DNA from: Bacteroidales bacterium
GTDB lineage: Bacteria > Bacteroidota > Bacteroidia > Bacteroidales > UBA7960
Assembly (NCBI GenBank): GCA_031323845.1
Contig: JAVIYP010000006.1
Location: forward strand, 6,982-70,981
Reading direction: 5' to 3'
Length of the DNA stretch: 64,000 nt
The notes beneath the pieces were generated by a model that was not told the DNA's origin, ran no database searches, and saw only the letters and a program-made list of their open reading frames with translations. The first letter of the stretch is position 1, and each line of letters opens with the position of its first letter. Positions 1 through 8,137 of this stretch are shown in pieces. Made by a program: the position numbers and the translations under genes.

Positions 1-1
1 C

Positions 2-301
2 CACGGCACAAAAACGTTTAAGCGCAAAAGGCAGGTCGCACGATACAGTGATGAGCTGAACCGTTGCCAGGTCATCAGCCTCCTTGTTGAAACGACGGGT
101 CTGCATAGCGCAAGTATCGGTATCTACACTGGGTACCGACGAAATGACACGCACCATGTTTTGGTACTTGCTCATGGTAAACGGTTGAAGATCCTGCGTC
201 ATAGCAGTGAAGTTCTTCATCGCCTGGCCCGGCTTCACAAGCCTTCCCATAAGAGTAACGGGTTTGCCTCCAAACGTGACCAGATTTGTATTTCTTTTCA
301 T
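2..301 (-). CDS. tpx: Thiol peroxidase (atypical 2-Cys peroxiredoxin), runs off the left edge
   Basis: Not in the ORF track. Manual translation from the ATG at 301 gives MKRNTNLVTFGGKPVTL...SVPSVDTDTCAMQTRRFN...VSCDLPFALKRFC, which has the Tpx PSxDTxxC and DLPFA..RFC motifs. Confidence 0.9.
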   Translation of the reverse strand, partial: MKRNTNLVTFGGKPVTLMGRLVKPGQAMKNFTAMTQDLQPFTMSKYQNMVRVISSVPSVDTDTCAMQTRRFNKEADDLATVQLITVSCDLPFALKRFCAV

Positions 302-365
302 AACTTTTTAGATGTTAAAGTTTTGGAGAATAACACCACAGCGGCTTAATTGTTTATCCTGGATC

Positions 366-905
366 TTATTTTCTGTCGAAAAACGGGTTTTTTGACGTCG
401 CACTCAGGGGTATGCCATAAATAATGGAGTACTCTTTTCCCAGGAGCTCCATTTTTCTTGCAGCTATGCCAATGGTGTACATAATGCGATTGTCGATGCG
501 GTTATCCATGGCGACACTGACTGCCGACCCTATTGCAATGCCCAGATCCCCGGTGTTGAATGCACAGGGGATGTCGCCTTCTTTTTCCCTTGAGGCACAG
601 TCGGGAAAACCACACAAACCACAGAGCTTTAATCCCAATGAGGCAATCTTTGTGCCAATGAGCACTACCACCTGGGCTGAGTTCAGCACGTTTGCTGCAT
701 CTCTGCGGAAGATATGGTTGTCTTCCTGCACGCCTATCTCGTTCATAACAGCGGCCAGTTCGCCAATATCATTGCCGGTAATTAAGGATACGGCAATGTT
801 GTTTACTCCTCTTGCCTTGGGTGCTGTACGGGCTGCCAGAACCATTTTCCGGGCTACTTCAAGTACAGCATCCTGACGTAATTCATTTTCATTAATAATA
901 GCCAT
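366..905 (-). CDS. DUF2148-type ferredoxin/nitroreductase-like protein
   Basis: Contains AARTAPKARG, CGLCGFPDC and DLGIAIGSA..A.D.RIDNRIMY motifs. Likely start MAIINE at 905 (ORF track 953). Confidence 0.75.
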   Translation of the reverse strand: MAIINENELRQDAVLEVARKMVLAARTAPKARGVNNIAVSLITGNDIGELAAVMNEIGVQEDNHIFRRDAANVLNSAQVVVLIGTKIASLGLKLCGLCGFPDCASREKEGDIPCAFNTGDLGIAIGSAVSVAMDNRIDNRIMYTIGIAARKMELLGKEYSIIYGIPLSATSKNPFFDRK

Positions 906-918
906 AGAACTACAGTTA

Positions 919-1812
919 TTAAGGGTAATCTGCAAATTTTGCGATACTGTCAATGAAGTGCAGGGGAATCACGACTTCTTCTCCCTCTCCGGGTTTGTTA
1001 TATACCCAAAGCTCCACAGCACTCTTGTTTCCGGGTCCGGGACTATGGAAGGTATCGTTCCGGTGCAGCAATAACAGAACATCTGAAATTTCACGCATGG
1101 ATGCGGGCAAATGTATTGCGCCGTACCGTTCTTTCAGACCCGATCCGTTGGAGGAAATCCGGGCCTGTGAGAACAACACAACCGGCACATCCAGTTTTTG
1201 GGCAAGGGCACGGACGGATTGCAGCACGAAAGCATAATCGGTTTCAACGGCATCGAGCATCCCCGGCTTGTTCAACAGTTCCAGGTAATCAATAATAATG
1301 ATGTCAGCACTTTGCTGCTCTTTGAGCAGGGTAGCCTTTCTCAACAACTCATCCAGGCTCAGCCCCGGAGTGTCGTCTATGAAAATTTTCGCTTTGGCAA
1401 TACTGCTTAACAGGGAATGCAACTGCGCCTTTCTGCTTTCCCTGAAACGACCTGACCTGAGTTTTTCAACAGACATTCCTGTTTCGCTCTCGATCAACCT
1501 TTGTGTCATCTTCATATCAGACCGTTCAGAGGAGAAAACAGCAACACTGAAATCATCCTTTATGGCCATATTTGCGGCCAGTGACAACAAAAAGGCGGTC
1601 TTTCCCATGCCGGGTCTGACCGCAATTGTATACAAGTTGCCTTTTTGAAAACCACCGGTGTGCTTGTCCAGCTCCCTGAAACCACTCGGGACACTGCCCA
1701 GTCCGATACCGGTACCAAAATTCTGATTGAGGGTTTGGTTTACCAGATCACGGATACTGGTAAACCCCAAACCCTCCGGCTGCTCTGTGACTTCTAATGT
1801 GTTATACTTCAT
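919..1812 (-). CDS. DnaB-like helicase C-terminal ATPase domain only, degenerate
   Basis: Has SGFRELD..TGGFQKG, Walker A RPGMGKT and IIIDYL. There is no N-terminal DnaB domain and the C-terminal motifs are diverged. Confidence 0.8.
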   Translation of the reverse strand: MKYNTLEVTEQPEGLGFTSIRDLVNQTLNQNFGTGIGLGSVPSGFRELDKHTGGFQKGNLYTIAVRPGMGKTAFLLSLAANMAIKDDFSVAVFSSERSDMKMTQRLIESETGMSVEKLRSGRFRESRKAQLHSLLSSIAKAKIFIDDTPGLSLDELLRKATLLKEQQSADIIIIDYLELLNKPGMLDAVETDYAFVLQSVRALAQKLDVPVVLFSQARISSNGSGLKERYGAIHLPASMREISDVLLLLHRNDTFHSPGPGNKSAVELWVYNKPGEGEEVVIPLHFIDSIAKFADYP

Positions 1813-1879
1813 GTTTTTATATTTTTTGATTTACGTATAAAGTTGATTTAATGAATTTTCAATTATGCGCCTTTCTGCT

Positions 1880-2402
1880 CCAACTTCTAACCTCCAACAT
1901 CCAACATCTGTCTTCCAGTCTCAAACTATTGTTGAATCGTTTATTGATTGAGGCCTTCCGGATTTTTGAGCTACCTCAATCATTCACTGGTTTATCAACA
2001 TCTTCGATCTGTGCTAATCTTTATATATATGAAACGTCCATGTTGAAAATCCTGACCATTCGGGAACAGGTTTTTTGACACACAGGAGGATAATTATGGG
2101 AAGTCAGAAGTCGGAAGTCGGAAATCTGACATCTGAATTCTGACATCCAATCAGAATATTAAACATAAACACAAAGCACAAATATACAAACACTTATAAA
2201 ACATAAACAGATGAAACGCCCATGACTAAATTTTGACACACAGGAGGATGATTATGCAAACCTGAGGTTGGAAGTTGGAGGTTTGAGGTTAGAAAAAAGA
2301 AAATCCAACATCCAACATCTAACCTCTAACATCAATTCCTGATCTTTGGCAAACTCGTAAAACATTCAATATCAAATAGTAACGAAAATATAAACAGATG
2401 AA
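1880..2402. repeat. Intergenic cluster of heptamer tandem repeats and a 26-bp direct repeat
   Basis: TCCAACA/TCTAACC and GAAGTCG/TCTGACA heptamer runs. TTTTGACACACAGGAGGAT(A/G)ATTATG at 2073-2098 and 2231-2256. ATGAAACGYCCATG at 2029-2042 and 2211-2224. Confidence 0.85.
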
Positions 2403-2635
2403 TGACATAATAGATTGTTCATGGAAAAAAACAGGACACAGGCAGTTGACAACCGGCTTGTGCTTATACAAACCAGAGAAAAGCCAATATAATTCTGCCA
2501 GTACCCTTCAGTTGGTGAATATAGGAATTTTTTTGAAAACAACCAATTGAACCTTTCTTAATATTTTATGTTAAATGTGTGAATCTGGCGTTTGTCAGAG
2601 CATTTTATCTTCATATCATCAGCAATAACAGCGGA

Positions 2636-3517
2636 ATGATTAACTATTCCATAAACGAACTGGAAAAACTTACCGGCATCAAAGCCCATACAATCAGGAT
2701 GTGGGAAAAGCGGTATCATGTTTTTTCGCCTCAGCGCACTGAGACCAACATCAGGTATTATAATGATGATGATCTTAAAAAGCTTCTTAACATCAGCACG
2801 CTGAACCGGCATGGGATAAAAATTTCGAAAATAGCCACGATGAATGAAGAGACGATCCGCGAAAAAGTCATGGATTTATCAGGGGCCACCGGCAACAATG
2901 AAAGCCTCATCAACAACCTGATTGTTTCCATGATAGAATTCAGCGAAGAATCATTTGAGCATATTCTTAATTCATCCATACTGAAGCTTGGGTTTGAGAG
3001 AACCGTAACCGAAGTCCTGTATCCTTTCCTGGAAAAAATCGGGGTCCTCTGGCAAACGGGTTCTGTAAACCCCGCCCAGGAACATTTCATCACCAACCTT
3101 ATCAGGCAAAAACTGATCATTGCCATTGACGGGCAAGCGGCAAAAACCCGGGCCGATGCGAAAACTTTTCTGCTGTTTCTACCTGAACAAGAGTTTCATG
3201 AGCTGGGACTCCTGTTTTATACGTTTCTGCTGAAAAAGAACGGTCACCGCGTAGTGTACCTCGGACAATCCGTCCCCTTTGAAGACCTGCAAGAAGTTGT
3301 TAAAGTACGCAACAGCGATTATTTGTTCACTTATTTTGTAGCCGCCCTGCGGCAAGAGGACATTCCAGCGTATCTCCGGCAGCTTTCAACAGCCTTCCCA
3401 AAAAAAACCATCTTCATTACCGGCATCCAGGTGCAATACACAACACTTGAACTGCCTGAAAATATTGTTGTTATTAAAAACGGCGAAGAATTTAAAAGCC
3501 TCCTGAAGTCAATCTGA
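2636..3517 (+). CDS. MerR-family cobalamin-binding regulator (CarH/LitR type)
   Basis: MerR HTH (YSINELEKLTGIKAHTIRMWEKRY), W-x9-EH (WQTGSVNPAQEH) and E-x-H-x-x-G (EFHELG) B12 motif. Likely start at 2636. Confidence 0.9.
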   Translation: MINYSINELEKLTGIKAHTIRMWEKRYHVFSPQRTETNIRYYNDDDLKKLLNISTLNRHGIKISKIATMNEETIREKVMDLSGATGNNESLINNLIVSMIEFSEESFEHILNSSILKLGFERTVTEVLYPFLEKIGVLWQTGSVNPAQEHFITNLIRQKLIIAIDGQAAKTRADAKTFLLFLPEQEFHELGLLFYTFLLKKNGHRVVYLGQSVPFEDLQEVVKVRNSDYLFTYFVAALRQEDIPAYLRQLSTAFPKKTIFITGIQVQYTTLELPENIVVIKNGEEFKSLLKSI

Positions 3518-3751
3518 CATTTTACTGCATCCTTTTTTCCTACCTCTGAGATGACAGTGTTCATCGTGAGGATATTTTACACTGTTCTGCGCTTCTGCCT
3601 TTCCTGGCCGTTTTCGTTGTTTAACAAAATTTATTAGTCTTAATTTCGTATTTATGCATCTTTTTGCTTATTTTTATTCCACCAATTGATTTTTATAGCT
3701 CACTAATCACGCATTTTACTAAACTTGTTTTGTTAAAAAAATACAAAAAGC

Positions 3752-3800
3752 TTGCAAGCTCATTTTTTTTGTTTAAATTTGTTTTAGAAAAGTTAAACAA
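3752..3800 (+). promoter_or_regulatory. Bacteroidota housekeeping promoter overlapped by a TTGTTTAA...TTAAACAA inverted repeat
   Basis: TTG at 3752 and TAAATTTG at 3774-3781. TTGTTTAA at 3769-3776 pairs with TTAAACAA at 3793-3800, with another copy at 3617-3624. Confidence 0.55.
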
Positions 3801-3819
3801 CACCAAAAACCATTGACTC

Positions 3820-4320
3820 ATGACAGCAGTAGAATTCAACTATAAATTAATGGGTTTGCAAAACAATCTGAAGTATTTTGCCTACACCCTCACCTCCAAT
3901 TATGAGGACGCACAGGACCTCGTTCAGGAAACTTTCCTGAAAGCACTCACCAACAGGGATAAATTTACGGACAACACGAACCTGAAGGCATGGACGTTTA
4001 CGATCATGAAAAACACCTTCATCAACAATTACAGGCAGAATGTCCGCAACAACACCCTGGTTGATAAAACCGATGATCTGTACTTTCTGAACCTGACCAA
4101 AGAAAGCAGCATTGGTCTGCCCGACTCAGACTATGCCGTCAAGGAGATTCAGAAAGTTATCTCACAAATTACCCCCGAGCAGCGTCAGCCTTTTGAAATG
4201 TACAATCAGGGTTATAAGTACAAAGAGATCGCTGAAACGTTGAATCTGTCGATCGGCACAGTAAAAAGCCGCATTTTCTTTACCCGGAAAAAGCTGATGG
4301 ACGCTTTGAGCAAAAGCTAA
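3820..4320 (+). CDS. ECF sigma-70 factor
   Basis: 166 aa with region 2 (DAQDLVQETFLKA..NLKAW) and region 4 (YKEIAETLNLSIGTVKSRI). Confidence 0.95.
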   Translation: MTAVEFNYKLMGLQNNLKYFAYTLTSNYEDAQDLVQETFLKALTNRDKFTDNTNLKAWTFTIMKNTFINNYRQNVRNNTLVDKTDDLYFLNLTKESSIGLPDSDYAVKEIQKVISQITPEQRQPFEMYNQGYKYKEIAETLNLSIGTVKSRIFFTRKKLMDALSKS

Positions 4321-4364
4321 CATTACTGCAAGATCAAGCCAGCTATATTTTCCCTAACATTTTG

Positions 4365-4413
4365 GCCGGTAAACCATTGCATTTTCAAATGCAGGTTTAC
4401 CGGCTTCTTATTT
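4365..4413 (+). terminator. Probable intrinsic terminator after the ECF sigma gene
   Basis: GCCGGTAAACC..TGCATTT/AAATGCA.GGTTTACCGGC hairpin followed by TTCTTATTT. Confidence 0.65.
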
Positions 4414-4564
4414 CCGGTTGTTGCGAGTGGAGACGTGACACTAGTGTCATTTTTCCTAAATTTGCATATCCGGCAATGGTGGTCAGGAGCCTTGCTGCAC
4501 TATGGCCTGGCTCAGAAAATCACCGGAAATCCGGAAAGCTTAGTAATCTGCAGCAGTCTGAAAC

Positions 4565-5854
4565 ATGCGTGTATTCAAGTTTGGAGGGGCTTCGGTAAAA
4601 GACCCAGAATCAGTAAAAAATGTTGCCCGGATCATCCGTGAGCACAGGGGTGACTTACCTCTTGTGGTAGTGCTTTCGGCTATGGACAAAACCACCAATG
4701 CGCTGGAACAGCTCTGTGCCTGTTTTATGGATGGCAGAAAACAGGAAATGCTAAGCATCTTCGAAGAGATCAAAAACATGCACTTTGATGTGCTGAAAGG
4801 TCTGTTTTCCAACCATAATGACCCGGTATTTAAGGTTTTGGAACAATCGTTTTACCAGCTTTACTATTATATCAGCGAATCGCCGGGAAGCGACTACAAC
4901 TACGAATACGACCGCATTGTGTCAACCGGCGAAATAGTGTCAACGCAGATCATCAGCGCCTATTTAAAAAGTGAGGGAGTGGCCAACCGTTTATATCCGG
5001 CGCAAAAACTGATCATCACGGATGCAAGTTTCCGCGACGCCCAGGTTGACTGGATCCTCAGCACCCGTGCCATACAGGAACAATTAACACCATATCTTGG
5101 CACCGGTCACGACGGCAGTCCACCGCTGGTGCTCACACAGGGTTTCCTGGGGGGCACACCACAGGGCTTTACAACTACGCTGGGGCGGGAAGGTTCTGAT
5201 TATTCGGCGGCCATTATTGCTTATGCCCTTAATGCCAGTGAAGTAATTATCTGGAAAGACGTCTCAGGCCTGCTGAATGCAGATCCCAAGCTGTTCAAAA
5301 ACACGCTGTTGCTTGAGAACATCAGTTACCAGGAAGCCATTGAACTCTCCTATTACGGTGCCACAGTGATTCATCCCAAAACGCTCAAGCCTCTGCTGAG
5401 TAAAAATATACCGCTGAAAGTCAAGTCGTTTTTCCACCCCGACACCGGGGGATCCCTTATCAACGACAACACCGATCACGACAGGCAGACCCCGTCCTAC
5501 ATCATCAAAAGCAACCAGGTGCTCGCTTCCATATTCCCAAAAGATTTCAGTTTTATTGCAGAGCATAAGCTGTCGCGCATCTTTGCAGATTTTGCCAGGC
5601 ACGGGGTAAAGATCAATCTCATGCAAAACTCTGCACTTAGTTTTTCGGTTTGTTTTGATCAGGACAAAACCAAAACCCCTGCACTGCTGAAAGATCTGAA
5701 AAAGAACTTTAATTTGAAGTACAACACCGGCATGGAGCTGATCACCATAAGGCATTATGAAAAGGCATCCATCGGCGACATTGTGCGAGACAGGGAAGTC
5801 ATGATGGAGCAGAAGAACCGCACCACCTTACAACTTGTCGTAAAGAGCCATTAA
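4565..5854 (+). CDS. lysC: Aspartate kinase
   Basis: Motifs KFGGASV, VVLSAM, TLGREGSDYSA and LSYYGATVIHPKT, plus a C-terminal ACT-like region. TAAATTTG promoter element at 4457-4464. Confidence 0.93.
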   Translation: MRVFKFGGASVKDPESVKNVARIIREHRGDLPLVVVLSAMDKTTNALEQLCACFMDGRKQEMLSIFEEIKNMHFDVLKGLFSNHNDPVFKVLEQSFYQLYYYISESPGSDYNYEYDRIVSTGEIVSTQIISAYLKSEGVANRLYPAQKLIITDASFRDAQVDWILSTRAIQEQLTPYLGTGHDGSPPLVLTQGFLGGTPQGFTTTLGREGSDYSAAIIAYALNASEVIIWKDVSGLLNADPKLFKNTLLLENISYQEAIELSYYGATVIHPKTLKPLLSKNIPLKVKSFFHPDTGGSLINDNTDHDRQTPSYIIKSNQVLASIFPKDFSFIAEHKLSRIFADFARHGVKINLMQNSALSFSVCFDQDKTKTPALLKDLKKNFNLKYNTGMELITIRHYEKASIGDIVRDREVMMEQKNRTTLQLVVKSH

Positions 5855-7162
5855 TTATCGACCGGTTTTTTCCCTGAAAGCCTTCAGCAGTTCCGGTCCT
5901 GCGTTCTGACAGCCCGCACCCACTTTATCGGTGGTAAACTCCCGGAAATATTCGGGGTTAAGGTCGGGTTTTGCCGAATACATTACAGGTATTTGCAGGC
6001 GCTGACCGGCGATCAGGCTGCCTCCGCTGCCGAAACGGCCGGTATTTGGCGGATGGTTGATGATAAACCAGGAGCACACACCATACAAGGTGTATATCCT
6101 GCTCCAGGTATCCCCTGCCCTGACGGTGTAGCTGTGATCGGCCGGCAGCGGGGGCGGGGCCACGGGGGCTTCTTCGGCTACTTCAGCAGCTTCATCAACC
6201 GCCACTTCCTGCTCAGCTTCGCGCTCCACCTCGGGCAATCGTATTGGAGGATGTGGATCATAGATAAAAAGATCGTAAAAAAGAAAAACCACCACGATAA
6301 AGGCCAGGGCCGCCGCAATTTGTTTCCATAAGGGTAATCTGCCTTTCTGCCGGCGCTCACCTTTTTTCTGTTCTCCGGAAGATGCGTTGCCACCGGACTC
6401 ATGCTTTACAAACTTTTGAGAAAGTGTAAGTGCGGAACCCAACAAGCGCGTCTTGTTTTTCATCGAATGGAAGCTGACGACAATCAGGACAGACCCGGTT
6501 TTTGTTACACCGGTGGAGCTATGCCGCATGATTCGAGCGACTTTGGTTTGTAAAGGCATAGAGTCCTGCAGTATGCGTCTTACATCCTTGGTGTGCAGAC
6601 ACTTGCGCACATCACCTGCTGCCAGAACAAGCATGTCACCATTAACAGGTTCAACACATTCGGTGGAAGTTTCCGGTGTCAGCAGTGCCTGCTGGCCGAG
6701 AAAACCTGAGGGTTGCGTCTTTTGTTCCGGGCCGTCGCTGCCTTCATAGTTCAGCATATACATGCGCTTCCCGGTAAACAACAACACATCTGCATCTCCC
6801 GCCGAGGAGTAGCAAATCTTACCCTCCGAAAACAACACGCACAAACAGCTCATAGCAGCGGGCTTGTTTGCAGGATCTTTCAATCCCATCTGGTACAGAA
6901 ATCCGCTTGTGTAAATCAATGCATTCCTGGCCACGGTATCCCTGTTTTCCTCGGTATCGTGCTCCATGTAGTATTTAATGCGCTCTATGGCCATGGTGCA
7001 GTAAGCCGCCTGCTGAGCACCCGTACCATGATTGACAACCACCACAAATACCATCCCGAAAGGAGTCTCAAACGTATCGTATTTATGAATCCCGGCAGCG
7101 TCGGGATGTCCTTTGCCTGTTTGTGATGCATATTCGAAGGTGCTGAACTTTTTCGTAGCCAT
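5855..7162 (-). CDS. Membrane protein with a degenerate PP2C-like N-domain, a TM helix and a LysM domain
   Basis: The N-terminal strand/helix pattern follows PP2C (SQTG, FVVVV-NHGTG, GDAD, LVLAAGD). TM helix IAAALAFIVVVFLFY and LysM YTVRAGDTWSRI...LIAGQRLQIP. Confidence 0.6.
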   Translation of the reverse strand: MATKKFSTFEYASQTGKGHPDAAGIHKYDTFETPFGMVFVVVVNHGTGAQQAAYCTMAIERIKYYMEHDTEENRDTVARNALIYTSGFLYQMGLKDPANKPAAMSCLCVLFSEGKICYSSAGDADVLLFTGKRMYMLNYEGSDGPEQKTQPSGFLGQQALLTPETSTECVEPVNGDMLVLAAGDVRKCLHTKDVRRILQDSMPLQTKVARIMRHSSTGVTKTGSVLIVVSFHSMKNKTRLLGSALTLSQKFVKHESGGNASSGEQKKGERRQKGRLPLWKQIAAALAFIVVVFLFYDLFIYDPHPPIRLPEVEREAEQEVAVDEAAEVAEEAPVAPPPLPADHSYTVRAGDTWSRIYTLYGVCSWFIINHPPNTGRFGSGGSLIAGQRLQIPVMYSAKPDLNPEYFREFTTDKVGAGCQNAGPELLKAFREKTGR

Positions 7163-7304
7163 AACATGTAAGTTTTTATCCTGATTCGATCAGGCTGGTT
7201 TAAGGCCTGTGGCACTTCCTGGCTTCTGTAACAAAATTACAGCCTTTTGCCGGATAAGAAAAATATAAAGTAAAAACATTATACCGGGCAGATGGGTCAT
7301 TGTC

Positions 7305-8111
7305 TCAGTGATTATCGCGGTGCTGAACCGGCTGCACTTGCCGCGTGATTTCCACAAAGTCCTTTACCTGCAACTGTTCAGGCCTTTTGCCTTTCATTTC
7401 CGGGGGAAGGTCTTCCCAGTAAACCTTCAGACTCCTGAGAGAGTTTCTCAGTGTTTTTCGTCTTTGGTTAAATGCTGTTTTCACCACAGTAAAGAAGAGT
7501 TTTTCATCGCAATTCAGCTGATGATTCTTCTTTCGCCGGCATCGTATCACGCTTGACTGCACCTTAGGGGGTGGCATGAATACGCCGGGATCAACATTAA
7601 ACAACAGTTCTACATCATAAAACGCCTGCACAAGCACACTGAGTATTCCATATTCCTTACTGCCCGGGGGTGAGGCGATGCGCCTGGCCACCTCTTTCTG
7701 AAACATACCCACCATTTCCGGCACCAGCTCACGGAACGCCAGCATCCTGAACATTATTTGGGTGGAAATATTATAGGGGAAATTGCCTATAAGGGCCACC
7801 TGCTCCTCGCCGGCAAATTCATGCAGGGGGAATTTCAGGAAGTCGGCTTCCATAACCTGATCTTTGTATGCGGGGTAGTTACGGTGCAAATAGCTGATGG
7901 AAGCCTGATCCACCTCTATGCCAAACCAGCAGAACTCTTTTTTTTCCATCAGGTAACGCGACAGCATACCGGTACCAGGCCCAATCTCCAGCACGTTTCG
8001 ATAATTGCCATAGGCGGTCAGGCTGGATGCTATTTTACGGGCGATATTGGCATCGGTAAGGAAATGCTGACCCAATGATTTTTTTGGATGCACAAAAAAT
8101 TCCGACGCCAT
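7305..8111 (-). CDS. rsmA: 16S rRNA adenine dimethyltransferase
   Basis: Motifs PKKSLGQHFL, EIGPGTG, GNFPYNIS and MFQKEVA. Confidence 0.97.
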   Translation of the reverse strand: MASEFFVHPKKSLGQHFLTDANIARKIASSLTAYGNYRNVLEIGPGTGMLSRYLMEKKEFCWFGIEVDQASISYLHRNYPAYKDQVMEADFLKFPLHEFAGEEQVALIGNFPYNISTQIMFRMLAFRELVPEMVGMFQKEVARRIASPPGSKEYGILSVLVQAFYDVELLFNVDPGVFMPPPKVQSSVIRCRRKKNHQLNCDEKLFFTVVKTAFNQRRKTLRNSLRSLKVYWEDLPPEMKGKRPEQLQVKDFVEITRQVQPVQHRDNH

Positions 8112-8137
8112 GATGCGGTTTTTTTTAAGTAAAATGA

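Noticed and set aside
1851-2078. 75-aa ORF
   Set aside because: Largely a translation of heptamer repeats (LLTSNIQHL) with no domain signal.
2073-2256. 26-bp direct repeats considered as a mini-CRISPR or prophage att sites
   Set aside because: Only two copies, 158 bp apart, with no cas or integrase gene in the window.
4465-4564. Lysine riboswitch upstream of lysC
   Set aside because: The leader after the promoter is only ~100 nt and no lysine riboswitch consensus is recognisable.
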